Source of the DNA: an uncultured delta proteobacterium
GTDB taxonomy: Bacteria; Myxococcota_A; Polyangia; Polyangiales; Polyangiaceae
Assembly (NCBI GenBank): GCA_963716725.1
Contig: CAVQUB010000021.1
Coordinates: 32,001 to 96,000, forward strand
Length of the DNA: 64,000 bases
Direction of reading: 5' to 3'
The notes under the pieces are model-generated. The model saw only the letters and a program-made list of their open reading frames with translations, did not search any database and had not been told where the DNA came from. The translations under genes and the position numbers were made by a program. Shown here in pieces: positions 32,249 through 42,006 of the stretch. The stretch's first letter is position 1, and every line of letters begins with the position of its first letter.

Positions 32249-32348
32249 GCGCACCCAGTAGAGCAAATCGGGTGCCACCCGCGCCAGGTAACGACCATTG
32301 CAGCGCCGCAGGCGTGCCAGAAACGCGCTCGCTGCACCGGGTCTGCTC

Positions 32349-32600
32349 TCACTCGCTGAACCAGGGCGGGAGCGGATCCTGAAAGCTCCAATCGACGCCG
32401 ACGACGTCCTCGTCGACGTCCTCGATCGCACGACTCGCCAGCTTGAAGGCGGCGTACGCGTCAGCCGCCGTGATGCGTCCGCCCGGTCCGTCCGAGTCTC
32501 CGGTTCGCCAGGTCCCGACCCAGGAGCCGTCCACGAGCTCGAGCACCAGCTCGTAGGTCAGCCCGGTCCGTCCGTTGTCGAGGGTCATGACGTGCCGCAC
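32349..32600 (-). CDS. Small hypothetical protein
   Basis: 83 aa, acidic, co-oriented with both neighbours. Confidence 0.4.
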   Translation of the reverse strand: MRHVMTLDNGRTGLTYELVLELVDGSWVGTWRTGDSDGPGGRITAADAYAAFKLASRAIEDVDEDVVGVDWSFQDPLPPWFSE

Positions 32601-32618
32601 GAGCCCGAATGTAACCGA

Positions 32619-34310
32619 TCACACCGGTAGGCTCCCGAAGGCGAGCTCGCCCCCGACGATTGTGCACGACACCCGAGCAGCATCCAAATCGGGACCACTC
32701 GCCAGCGGGCCGCCGAGCACGACGATATCAGCGCGCTTGCCGCGCTCGAGGGTGCCAGTCCGATCGGCACAGCCGCTGACCTCGGCAGCGACCCGCGTGT
32801 AGCTCACGATGGCTTCGTCGACGTCGATGCATTGATCCGCGCCGCGGATCTGACCGAAGGAGGTCCGACGAAACACCGCTGAGCGAATGCCGTCGAGCGG
32901 CTCGAAGCCGGCCACGGGAAAGTCGGAGCTGCCCACGACGCGGACCTTCTTGTCGAGCAACGAGCGCAACGCAAACTGCTCGAGCCCGGGGATGTTCGGC
33001 GCGCAGGCCATGCCCGGCATCTGCAGGAAGAAGGGCTGCACCACGACGGCAGCGCCGGCGTTGGCGACGCGCTCGATCAGGTCGCCGGCGAGGAAGGTGG
33101 CGTGCTCGATGCGAGGGACGCCCGCGTCGGCGACCTTGGTGCCGCAGGCCTCGTAGGCCGCCAGCGCCACATCGATGGCGGCGTTCCCGATGGCGTGGAT
33201 GGCGAGAGCAAAGCCGCGCTCCGTCGCAGCTTTGACGACCTCGAGGGCCTCCTCGCGAGCATAGATCTGAATGCCGGTGCGGATCTTTCGACCGAATTTC
33301 GGCGAGGCGGAGAACGCGGTGCGGATTGGATCCAGGGTGCCGTGGCGAATGCCGAGCGCGAACGAAGACAGCATGACCCCGGCGGTCTGCCACCAACCGA
33401 GGCACATGGCGCAGCCCGGCGCACCATCGAAGGTGAGTTTGAGCGGACCGATGCTCAGCTTGCCAAGCGTCTCTCCTGTCACCGGACCATCGAGGGCGTC
33501 CCAGGGCGTCTCCAGGTAGCCCGTGACCGAGACGGGCATCATCACGGTGGGAACGAGCAGCAGCCCGCGACGATCGGCTTCTCGATACAGATCCGCCAGA
33601 TCGCGCGGCACCGCCGCGTCCACCACACAGGTGATGCCCGCGCGAGCAAGGCTGTGGTTGTGGTCGCTCAGCCGCTGGAGAAAGCCCTCGGCATCCCGCG
33701 CGACGGCGCTGGACCGCGCGAGCGATTCAACCCGGCTCATGCCGCGCTCGATCAGCACTCCGTCCGGCAGGCCCTTGCGGTCGCGCGAGATGGCGCCACC
33801 CGAAGGATCCGGCGTGTGTCGATCGATGCCGGCGAGCTCGAGCGCACGGCTGTTGGCCGCCACACGATGGCAGGTGTAGTGCATGGCCATCAGCGGGTGA
33901 TCGGGGACCGCGTCGTCGAGCTCTTGCCGCGTCGGAGCCCGCCGCTCGGCCAAGAGCAGCTCGTCCCAGTCGGTGGCGATCAACCACTCGCCCTCGGGCA
34001 GCGCCGACGCGGCATCGCGCAAGACGCGCTGAAGGCCCGCGATGTCCGTCACCGCCGGCGGCGCCAGCCGTAGCTGGCCGCCGTAGAGCGCCGTGATGCA
34101 GGGGTGATGGTGCGCGTCGATGAAGCCCGGCAGCACGGCCGCGCCGCCCGCGTCCCACGTGGTGGCGTCACCACCCGCCGCTGCCTCGACCTCGTCCTGG
34201 CGACCGACGGCGATCACGTGGCCGTCGCGCCAGGCGATGGCGTCGGCGCGGGTGAGGGCGTCGTCCATGACCCGCACGTCGGCGTTGACCAGGAGGTAGG
34301 TTGCACTCAT
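32619..34310 (-). CDS. Amidohydrolase family 3 (YtcJ-like)
   Basis: LPGFIDAHHH, NSRAL..AGI, HAIGN, RIEH, GSSDFP, GTLERGKRAD. Confidence 0.92.
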   Translation of the reverse strand: MSATYLLVNADVRVMDDALTRADAIAWRDGHVIAVGRQDEVEAAAGGDATTWDAGGAAVLPGFIDAHHHPCITALYGGQLRLAPPAVTDIAGLQRVLRDAASALPEGEWLIATDWDELLLAERRAPTRQELDDAVPDHPLMAMHYTCHRVAANSRALELAGIDRHTPDPSGGAISRDRKGLPDGVLIERGMSRVESLARSSAVARDAEGFLQRLSDHNHSLARAGITCVVDAAVPRDLADLYREADRRGLLLVPTVMMPVSVTGYLETPWDALDGPVTGETLGKLSIGPLKLTFDGAPGCAMCLGWWQTAGVMLSSFALGIRHGTLDPIRTAFSASPKFGRKIRTGIQIYAREEALEVVKAATERGFALAIHAIGNAAIDVALAAYEACGTKVADAGVPRIEHATFLAGDLIERVANAGAAVVVQPFFLQMPGMACAPNIPGLEQFALRSLLDKKVRVVGSSDFPVAGFEPLDGIRSAVFRRTSFGQIRGADQCIDVDEAIVSYTRVAAEVSGCADRTGTLERGKRADIVVLGGPLASGPDLDAARVSCTIVGGELAFGSLPV

Positions 34311-34364
34311 GAGGATCCGGAGTATCCGCCGTGGCAGACAGGCGCAAGCGCCGCCGACCGGCCT

Positions 34365-35573
34365 TCAGTTCTTCACGCAGCTCACCTGATACGAGCTGCA
34401 CGAACCGCAGGAGCAGCTCGTGCCGGTGGACTGCACGTGGTAACCGCTCGGACAGCTCGACCCACAGACCGAGAAGCTGTTGCCGCTGTTGATACCGCAG
34501 CTCGCCTGGTACGAGCTGCACGAACCGCACGAGCAGCTCGTGCCCAGCGACGACACGTGGTAACCGCTCGGACAGCTCGACCCACAGACCGAGAAGCTGT
34601 TGCCGCTGTTGATAGCGCAGCTCGCCTGGTACGAGCTGCACGAACCGCACGAGCAGCTCGTGCCCAGCGACGACACGTGATACCCGCTCGGACAGCTCGA
34701 CCCGCAGGTCGAGAAGCTGTTGCCGCAGTCCGGCGCGCAGGTGGCCTGATACGAGCTGCACGAACCGCACGAGCAGCTCGTGCCCAGCGACGACACGTGA
34801 TACCCGCTCGGGCAACTCGAACCGCACTGGCTGAAGCTGGTCTTGTTCGTGTGCTTGACGCCGGTGACCGGATCGCAGGAGTCCGTGGTGCAGGCGTTGC
34901 CGTCGTCGATGTTCACGGGCGTGTGCGAGATGGCACCGCTGGTGGGGTCGCAGGAGTCCGTCGTGCAGGCGTCGTTGTCGGTGACGCTCACCTGGGTGTG
35001 TTTTACGCCGTTGGTGGGGTCGCAGGAGTCCGTGGTGCAGGCGTTGTTGTCGTTCACCTGCGGAGGCGTGCCCGGCTTGCAGTTGCCGCTCCCGTCACAG
35101 GTCTCGACGCCGTCGCAGACGGTGTTGTTGCCACAAGACGTTCCCGAGGTCGCGAAGGTCTTCACGCATTTGCCGTTGGTGCACGCTTCGTTGGTGCACG
35201 GATTGCCATCGGCGCAGTCGGCGGGGCTCGAACACGAGGTTCCTCCTCCAGCGCCCGTGCCGCCGCTGCTCGCGCCGCCGCTGCTCGCGCCGCCGCTGCT
35301 CGTGCCGCCGCTGCTCGTGCCGCCGCTGTTCGCGCCGCCGCTGTTCGCGCCACCGCTGCTCGTGCCGCCGCTGCTCGTGCCGCCGCTGCTCGTGCCGCCG
35401 CTGCTCGTGCCGCCGCTGCCGCCAACCCAGCCGCCGTCGCCGACGCCGGCGCCGCTGCCGCCCGCTGCTGCGTCCCCGGCGTCCGAGTCGCTCAGCGCCT
35501 CGGCGTCGTCGAATGCGGCACAGCCGACCAGGATCGGCAGGCACAGCAGCGCGCGCACGAACGAGACCATCAA
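34365..35573 (-). CDS. Cys-rich lipoprotein with Dictyostelium CTDC-like repeats and four 40-aa six-Cys repeats
   Basis: LVGC lipobox; SSGGT linker; three D.NACTTDSCDP-like units; C-terminal tandem repeats. Confidence 0.85.
   Translation of the reverse strand: MMVSFVRALLCLPILVGCAAFDDAEALSDSDAGDAAAGGSGAGVGDGGWVGGSGGTSSGGTSSGGTSSGGTSSGGANSGGANSGGTSSGGTSSGGASSGGASSGGTGAGGGTSCSSPADCADGNPCTNEACTNGKCVKTFATSGTSCGNNTVCDGVETCDGSGNCKPGTPPQVNDNNACTTDSCDPTNGVKHTQVSVTDNDACTTDSCDPTSGAISHTPVNIDDGNACTTDSCDPVTGVKHTNKTSFSQCGSSCPSGYHVSSLGTSCSCGSCSSYQATCAPDCGNSFSTCGSSCPSGYHVSSLGTSCSCGSCSSYQASCAINSGNSFSVCGSSCPSGYHVSSLGTSCSCGSCSSYQASCGINSGNSFSVCGSSCPSGYHVQSTGTSCSCGSCSSYQVSCVKN
34375..34840 (-). repeat. 120-bp coding tandem repeat x4
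   Basis: Near-identical sequence at 34381, 34501, 34621 and 34741. Confidence 0.9.
35257..35418 (-). repeat. 15-bp coding tandem repeat, about ten copies (SSGGT/A)
   Basis: GTGCCGCCGCTGCTC and close variants. Confidence 0.9.
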
Positions 35574-35976
35574 TCCAAGAGCTTAGCTCACTCGATCGCC
35601 CGCGGCGAACGCTGGCCTGAGCGCGCGAGAGTTCGAGGCTCCCGGTGCCGGCGGGCCGAGCCCACGTTTCGAAGAATGCGGCTGAACCACCGAGCGCAGC
35701 GTGTCGTCGGGGGTCAGGCTCCCCGGGACCGTCAGAGCTTGGGCGGGACGGCCACGACGACCGACTGGGTTGCGGCGACCGCCGGGCGGTCCGCTACGAC
35801 CGTCAGCGTGGCCTTGAAGAATTGCACGCCGAGTCGGCCTTCGTGGCCCCCGTCTCTCCGACGTCGGCCTGCCCGTTGCAGGTCGCGTCCTCCGATCCGT
35901 CCGCGAGGCCATCTCCGTCCCCGCGATGGTGACATCCATCAGGCGTGGCAGCCGGCGTTGGCGATATGGTGGGCCC

Positions 35977-36390
35977 ATGCGTCAGCTCGCGTTTGGTTTG
36001 GTCGCCTTGGCAACCCTGATGATCGCGTGCGGTTCCGACGACGAGAAATCGAGCCCCGATGCTGGAAGCGGTGGCGGCAGCGGCGGCAGCGCTACGGGTG
36101 GCACGTCAGGCGCGGGCGGCGCGGCGGGTTCGGGCGGAATGCTCTGCTCAGCGGCCACGAAGCCCTACGAGCCCTCGACAATCGATTGCCAGACCGCCTG
36201 CGCGAACTTCACGGCGTATTGCGCTCAGGGGTCCGGCTGCCAGAACCCCTACTGCAACGATCCTCAATGTCCGCTCGCCTGCGACACGATCAAGGGCGGC
36301 CTCACCTACAGCAACGCGCTGTTCGGCTGCGCCGCCGAGAACCCCACCTGCGCCGGCTTTTCGCAGTGTCTGAAGGACAAGTGCGGCTGA
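35977..36390 (+). CDS. Small Cys-rich lipoprotein
   Basis: MIAC lipobox, Gly linker, Cys-rich domain; TATGGT 6 nt upstream of ATG. Confidence 0.75.
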   Translation: MRQLAFGLVALATLMIACGSDDEKSSPDAGSGGGSGGSATGGTSGAGGAAGSGGMLCSAATKPYEPSTIDCQTACANFTAYCAQGSGCQNPYCNDPQCPLACDTIKGGLTYSNALFGCAAENPTCAGFSQCLKDKCG

Positions 36391-36405
36391 CTCCGCGCTC
36401 GGTCC

Positions 36406-37902
36406 CTACTTGACCGGGTTGCCCTGGGCGTCGAAGAACCGGATCTTGCGATCGAGGCCCTCGAGCGTGGGCGCGACGACTTTGCGATCACCGGCCAGGA
36501 CCACCACGTATTCGTCCGGGTTGCAGTAGCCCTTGGCCAGCTCGTTGGCCTGCTCCACGCTGACGGCCTTGACGTGGTCGGACCACTTCTCGAGCCAGTC
36601 GTCGGGACGTGAGTAGAGAGGCAGGTTGGCGAGCTGCGCAGCAACGTCGCCGCCGCGCTCGAAGCGACCGGGAAAGCCGAGCAGCAGCCCGCCGACCGCT
36701 TCGGCGCGCTCCTGCGCCGAGATCGGGCGAGACGCGCAGAGGTCGCGCAGCTCCTTGAACGACTCGTCGATGCTGGCTCGGGTCGTCTCGCGCTTCACGC
36801 TGGCGGCGAGGGCGAACAGGCCCGTCTCTTTGTAGCGCTGGAAGCTCGAACGAGCGCCGTAAGTATAGCCCTTGGCCTCGCGCAGGTTCAGGTTCAGCCG
36901 GCTGGTGAAGGCTTCGCCAAACACGCGGCTCATCACCATGGCAGGGAAGTAGTCCGGCGTGCCCTCGCCAGGAGCGCGCCGGGCGATGGCGAGAGCGGTC
37001 TGCGTCGAATCCTTGTAGTCGACGAAGAAGATCGCCTTGTCGGGCTTCTCGCTGGAGACGGATGCGCTCTTCGACTTGGCGGAGCCCTTCCAGCTGCCGA
37101 AGCTCGCCTCCAGCGCCTTCACCGCTCGCGCCTGATCGACGCCGCCCACCACCACGAAGGCCGCGCCTTCGGGCACGACGAGCGCCGCGTAGTGGGCCTT
37201 GACGTCCGCCAGCTGGAGCTTGCCGAGGGTCGGCCGCGTGCCGCCAGCGAGGGCTCCTGCGTAGCCGTCACCGAAGAGCGCCTTGCGCAGCGCGATGCTC
37301 CGGGCCGAGGTCGGTTCACTCTCCGCAGCGAGAGCGTCCGCGATGCGCTGGGATTTGCGCCGCGCGAACTCTTTGGCGTCGAAGGCGGGCTTCTGGGCGA
37401 TGTCAGCCAGCAGCGTGACGCTGGCGTCGAAGCTGTCCGCGATGGTGTTGATGGCCAACATCACGTAGTCGACGTCGGCGTTGCCCCCGTAGTCGGTGCC
37501 GAGACGCTGTAGCTCTTCGGAGAGCGCGAGGGCGTCCTTGCCGCCCGCGCCTTCGTCGAGCATGTCGATGGTGAGCGCGGTCAGGCCGGCCTTGCCCTTT
37601 GGATCGGTGGAGGCGCCCCGAGGCACCACCAGGAGCACGCTCACCAAGGGAGTCGGGCCTTGCTCGACGAAGTAGACCTTCATGCCGTTGGAGAGCGCCG
37701 AGATCTTCGGGCGGGGGAGCGCGAAGCTCGGCGCCGGCGCCGGCGTGGGCAGCTTGCTGCGGTCGGGCGCGCCAGCCGCGACGGTCGGCGCGCTGGGCGG
37801 AGCGACCACCGGAGGCAGGGGCGGGAGCTTGGCGGGCTCGGGCGGCGGCCCACCGCAGGCGACAGCTGCGAGAGCAACGAGGGTAGAAGCGCGGCGGATC
37901 AT
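36406..37902 (-). CDS. M16 (pitrilysin) peptidase, non-catalytic subunit, lipoprotein
   Basis: LSNGMKV, DPKGKAGL without HxxEH, FTSRLNLNLREAKGYTYG; AVAC lipobox. Confidence 0.9.
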   Translation of the reverse strand: MIRRASTLVALAAVACGGPPPEPAKLPPLPPVVAPPSAPTVAAGAPDRSKLPTPAPAPSFALPRPKISALSNGMKVYFVEQGPTPLVSVLLVVPRGASTDPKGKAGLTALTIDMLDEGAGGKDALALSEELQRLGTDYGGNADVDYVMLAINTIADSFDASVTLLADIAQKPAFDAKEFARRKSQRIADALAAESEPTSARSIALRKALFGDGYAGALAGGTRPTLGKLQLADVKAHYAALVVPEGAAFVVVGGVDQARAVKALEASFGSWKGSAKSKSASVSSEKPDKAIFFVDYKDSTQTALAIARRAPGEGTPDYFPAMVMSRVFGEAFTSRLNLNLREAKGYTYGARSSFQRYKETGLFALAASVKRETTRASIDESFKELRDLCASRPISAQERAEAVGGLLLGFPGRFERGGDVAAQLANLPLYSRPDDWLEKWSDHVKAVSVEQANELAKGYCNPDEYVVVLAGDRKVVAPTLEGLDRKIRFFDAQGNPVK

Positions 37903-39270
37903 TTCTGCGCGCCTCCGGCCTTGGGGCCCTTCACGATGTCGATGCGTACGTGACGGGTCAGATCGAGCCACCGTTGCGCGGCCGAGTGCACACCCTGAGG
38001 CGTGGCGCCGGTGTAGCGCGCGAGATCCTGCTTCATGAAGTCGCCCTTGCCCGTCGAGTGATAGTAGGTGCTGAGGGTCGTGGCCCGCGACACCGCGCCC
38101 TCGACTCGCTGGTAGAAGTCCTTCTTGTACCCGTTCACCGCGCGCTTCATTTCGTCGTCCGAAGGCGGCGTCGCCAAAGCCTTCTTCAGCGCGTCCATCA
38201 GGGCGGTCTCGAGCTCCTTCAAGGTCTTGCCCGGAGCCGCGGTGGCCTGCACCACGTAGAAGCTCGAGAGCTGCATCGACACCTGGAAGGCCTCGACGTC
38301 TTTGGCGACCTTCTTGTCGTAAACGAGGGGTTTGTAGAGGCGGCTGGTCTTGCCGCTCGCGAGAATGCTCGAGAGAAGATCGAGCTCGGCGTCGCCCGCC
38401 GCGAAGATCGCCGGCGTGTGCCAGGCCAGATAGATGCGCGGCAGCTTCACGTCGTCCGTCTTGGTGACGTGCACGATGGACTCGAGCTTTGGCATGCTGG
38501 CAGCGGGCGCCGCGGCTCGCTTGACCGGGCTGCCCTCGGCGCCGCCGAAGTACTTCTTCACCAGCGCTTTGGCTTCGGCGGGTCGAAAGTCTCCGACGAT
38601 GGTCACGACCGCGTTGGCTGGACCGTAGTAGTCACGAAAGAAGCCCTTCACGTCATCCAGAGACGCGGCAGTCAGATCCGCGTGCGAGCCGATGACCGAG
38701 TGCCCGTAGGGATGACTCTCGGGGTAGAGCGACTCGGTCAAGTAGATCCAAGCCATGCCGTAGGGCGGGTTCTCGTAGCGCTGGCGGCGCTCGTTCTTGA
38801 CCACGTCGCGCTGGTTGTCGAGACGGTCTTGGGTCAGCGCCGGCAGCAGGTGGATGCATCCGATCGGATTCCATCCACAGCGTGAGGTCCAGATAGTTCG
38901 ACGGCACCCGCTCGAAGAAGTTCGTACGATCTTGGGTGGTGGTTCCGTTCGCGTTGCCGCCGATGGGCTCGAAGGGCTTGAAGTACTCGTCGTCGAAATG
39001 CTTGCTGCCCTGGAACATCAGGTGCTCGAAGAGATGGGCGAAGCCGCTGCGACCGCTGCGCTCGTGGGCCGAGCCGACCAGGTAGCGGATCTCGGTGGCC
39101 ACCACCGGCAGCCGGTGGTCTTCGCTCAAGAGCACGGTGAGGCCGTTGTCGAGCTGGTACTGCTCGACGGGTAGGCTCAGGGCCGCGGGTGGTTTGGGAG
39201 GCGGCGTGGCCTGGGCAAGGCTGGTGGCTGCACACACGATGCCGGTACAAAGCAGGGCTCGAAGTCGCAT
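37899..39270 (-). CDS. M16 (pitrilysin) peptidase, catalytic subunit; one frameshift near 38855
   Basis: LDNGL, SGFAHLFEHLMFQGS, NGTT.DRTN, WMESDRM; continues as VVKNERRQ..HPY in another frame. Confidence 0.9.
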
Positions 39271-39303
39271 CGTCGGGGGTTTTCCGAGCGACGGGCGGGG
39301 ACG

Positions 39304-40512
39304 TCAAGGGAATAGCGATGGGACGTCGACGAGGAACAGGTCCATGGGCTCGTCGGTGCCCGCGACGACGCGCCGCGGGTGATGCGGAAACACGTAGTTG
39401 CCGTAGAGCGGGCGGTGGGCCGCGAAGCGCTTCTGCCGGCGCTCGAGGTCGTAGACCCAGAGCCCGCTGCCGCTGCCGATGGTGAGCAACTTCGCTCCGG
39501 TGGTGAGCGCGAACATACTGCCGCTGGTGCCCTTCACGCCGCGGAGCGGCGCTACGGTCTGGGCCTCGAACGAGACCAGGGCGAACGCATCGCGCACTCC
39601 GTCGGCGCCGTCGGCGTAGCTGATCATCGCGTGGGATCCGCTGCCGTCGAACACGATAAAGTCACTGGTGGGCTTGTCCCAGACACGTTCCGTGCGCTGG
39701 TCGGGTTGACGCAGACACGACAGACCGCGGTCGTCTCCGGTGCAGACGCGGTTGCCACCCGGCGAGAGGCTCCCACCACGATCGGGAGGAGCTATGACGC
39801 GCGCGCCGCCGGTTCGCCCGTCGATCACCGAGCGCTCTGCGTAGCTCTCGACCAGCCAGAGCGAGCCATCTGCTGCTGCCTGACAGGTCTCGGCCTTGCG
39901 CGCAGCGCCGAGCGCCGTCGGCTGGGGTGCCCCCGGCGCCCAACGCCAGAGCCGCGCGTCCGCTTCCTTCGACTCTTCGTGGAACACGATCTCGCGAGCC
40001 CCAGAGAAACGCGCGCCGCAGATCGCACCGTCGCGGCTCGCGAGGAACTTCCCGGTGGCGACCTCGATCACCGCGAGGCCGCTCATGCTCCAAATCAACA
40101 CCTGGGTCCCATCGTCCGAGAATCGTGCGCTCGGCACCCAAACCGATTGCGACACGGGCTGAGGCAGCCCCGGCGAGACGAGCAAGGCGGTGTTGTTCGG
40201 GCCGTCGATGACCCAGCTCTTCGCGTCGGGCGACAGCGCGTGGATCGCGGTCTGCTTGGCGATGGGGACCGGCTTCAGCGCCGCGCCTGCGCGAAAGTCG
40301 ATGGCTGGACCGAGCTTGAAGCTGACGGTGGTGGGCGAGGCCACTGGAAGATCGAGCGGGACCGGCACCGGCGCTACTGCCGACGACGTGGGCTGCAAAG
40401 TCGGCGGAGTCGAAGCGATGGGTGGGTAGCGGCGCGCGGGTCGCCCGCCGCGATCCGCGCAGCCCGACACCAAGAGGATCGCGGTCGCACCCAGCCAGCG
40501 CGACGATCTCAC
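39304..40512 (-). CDS. Lipoprotein, probable beta-propeller
   Basis: VSGC lipobox; ALSPDA, FSDDG and LSPGG blade-like motifs. Confidence 0.65.
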   Translation of the reverse strand: MRSSRWLGATAILLVSGCADRGGRPARRYPPIASTPPTLQPTSSAVAPVPVPLDLPVASPTTVSFKLGPAIDFRAGAALKPVPIAKQTAIHALSPDAKSWVIDGPNNTALLVSPGLPQPVSQSVWVPSARFSDDGTQVLIWSMSGLAVIEVATGKFLASRDGAICGARFSGAREIVFHEESKEADARLWRWAPGAPQPTALGAARKAETCQAAADGSLWLVESYAERSVIDGRTGGARVIAPPDRGGSLSPGGNRVCTGDDRGLSCLRQPDQRTERVWDKPTSDFIVFDGSGSHAMISYADGADGVRDAFALVSFEAQTVAPLRGVKGTSGSMFALTTGAKLLTIGSGSGLWVYDLERRQKRFAAHRPLYGNYVFPHHPRRVVAGTDEPMDLFLVDVPSLFP

Positions 40513-40519
40513 GGCGCGC

Positions 40520-41926
40520 TCAGCTCCCGAACCAACGCCGCCAGAACGGACCGTCCTTCTTGGGCTCGGCCTCCACGCGCTCGCGCGGCGCCGGGGGTGC
40601 GTCCGGTTCGGCGGGTGCCGGAGCCGGGCGCCCCCCGTCGGGGACCACGGAGCGCGTCGCGGGTGGAGCGGCGGCTGCCCGAGGCGGTGGTGCTGCGCGC
40701 GGTGGCGGCGCGGGACGCGCGGGTTCGATCTCGACGGGCTCGACTTCGACGGGCTCGACCTCTACGGCCTCGGCCTCGACCTCGGAGCGGCGCGCCGACT
40801 TGGACGCCTCCTCGAACACGGCGTCGAGGCCCCAACCGCTCGGATCTTCGAAGCCGCCTCCCCCCGCCTCGATGCCAGGGGTGCCCAGGCTCGCGTGCAG
40901 GGCCTCGGACGCGACGCTGCCCGGGGAGCCGGAGAACTGGTGGAGAGTGTCGATGATCAGATCGCCAATCTCCCCTGCCTTGTTCTTGCCCTCGGCCTTG
41001 CGACGCGCGAGGCGGGCGTCGGCGGCCAAGCCGACGATCTTGGCGATGTCGAGGTAGGTCACTGGACGAGCGAGGCCGCGCAAAACCAGCCCGAGATCTC
41101 GCGCGTAGTCGTCGGCGCAGAGGTAGCGCTGCGCTGGATCCTTGGCGAGCGCCTTACCAAGCACGCGTAGGACTTCTTCGGGGATGTCCCCGCGGAACTT
41201 GCGCGGGTCGGGGATCTCGGCCGCGCGAACCAGCTTGAAGGTCTCGACGTCGCTCTCACCGAGAAACAGCCGACGGCCCGCGAGCATCTCCCAAAGCAGG
41301 ATGCCCGCCGCGAAGATGTCGACGCGTTTGTCGGTCTTCTGACCCAGGGTCACCTCGGGTGCGAGATAGCCGAACTTGCCTTTGACGATGTCCTCGTCTT
41401 CGTCGGTCAGGTGCGAGCTCGCCTTCGCCAGTCCGAAGTCCACCAGCTTGACCTCGCCGCAGCGCGTGATGAGCACGTTGTGCGGCGAGATGTCGCGGTG
41501 CACGATGTCCAGCGGCCGACCCGAGTGGTCACATGCCGCGTGGGCGTAGGACAGCCCCTCGCACACGTCCATGGCGATGCGACACGCCACCTCGACCTGC
41601 ATCTGCTGCTTGTGCGCGGAGAGGTAGTCGAGGACCTCCTTCAGATCCGCACCGTCGACGAACTCCATCACGATGAAGTGGGCCCCGGCACCTTGTCCGA
41701 TGTCGAAGACCTGCACGCACTTGCTGTGGCTCAGGTAGGCGCCGAGGCGCGCCTCGTCCAAGAACATCTGGATGAACTCGCGGTTGGCGCTGAGCTTGGG
41801 CAAGACGCGCTTGATGGCGACTTTCTTGCGGAAGCCCTCGATTCCGGCGCTCTCGCCCCGAAACACCTCGGCCATGCCGCCGGCGGCGATGCGTTCGATG
41901 ACGTGATAACGCTGGCTTTCACTCAC
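40520..41926 (-). CDS. Ser/Thr protein kinase (cytoplasmic)
   Basis: IAAGGMAEV, VAIKR, HRDISPHN, DFGLAK, KGKFGYLAPE. Confidence 0.95.
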   Translation of the reverse strand: MSESQRYHVIERIAAGGMAEVFRGESAGIEGFRKKVAIKRVLPKLSANREFIQMFLDEARLGAYLSHSKCVQVFDIGQGAGAHFIVMEFVDGADLKEVLDYLSAHKQQMQVEVACRIAMDVCEGLSYAHAACDHSGRPLDIVHRDISPHNVLITRCGEVKLVDFGLAKASSHLTDEDEDIVKGKFGYLAPEVTLGQKTDKRVDIFAAGILLWEMLAGRRLFLGESDVETFKLVRAAEIPDPRKFRGDIPEEVLRVLGKALAKDPAQRYLCADDYARDLGLVLRGLARPVTYLDIAKIVGLAADARLARRKAEGKNKAGEIGDLIIDTLHQFSGSPGSVASEALHASLGTPGIEAGGGGFEDPSGWGLDAVFEEASKSARRSEVEAEAVEVEPVEVEPVEIEPARPAPPPRAAPPPRAAAAPPATRSVVPDGGRPAPAPAEPDAPPAPRERVEAEPKKDGPFWRRWFGS

Positions 41927-42006
41927 GATCGACCTCTTGTGCGAGCAGCGAATATCCCACGCTCGGCGGCCCGAAGGCCAGGCCGCCGTGGTAGCTTCCA
42001 CTTCGC

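Noticed and set aside
35583..35976. Possible ncRNA or gene in a 400-bp gap
   Set aside because: No recognisable RNA motif; the short ORFs lack convincing starts and may be a gene remnant.
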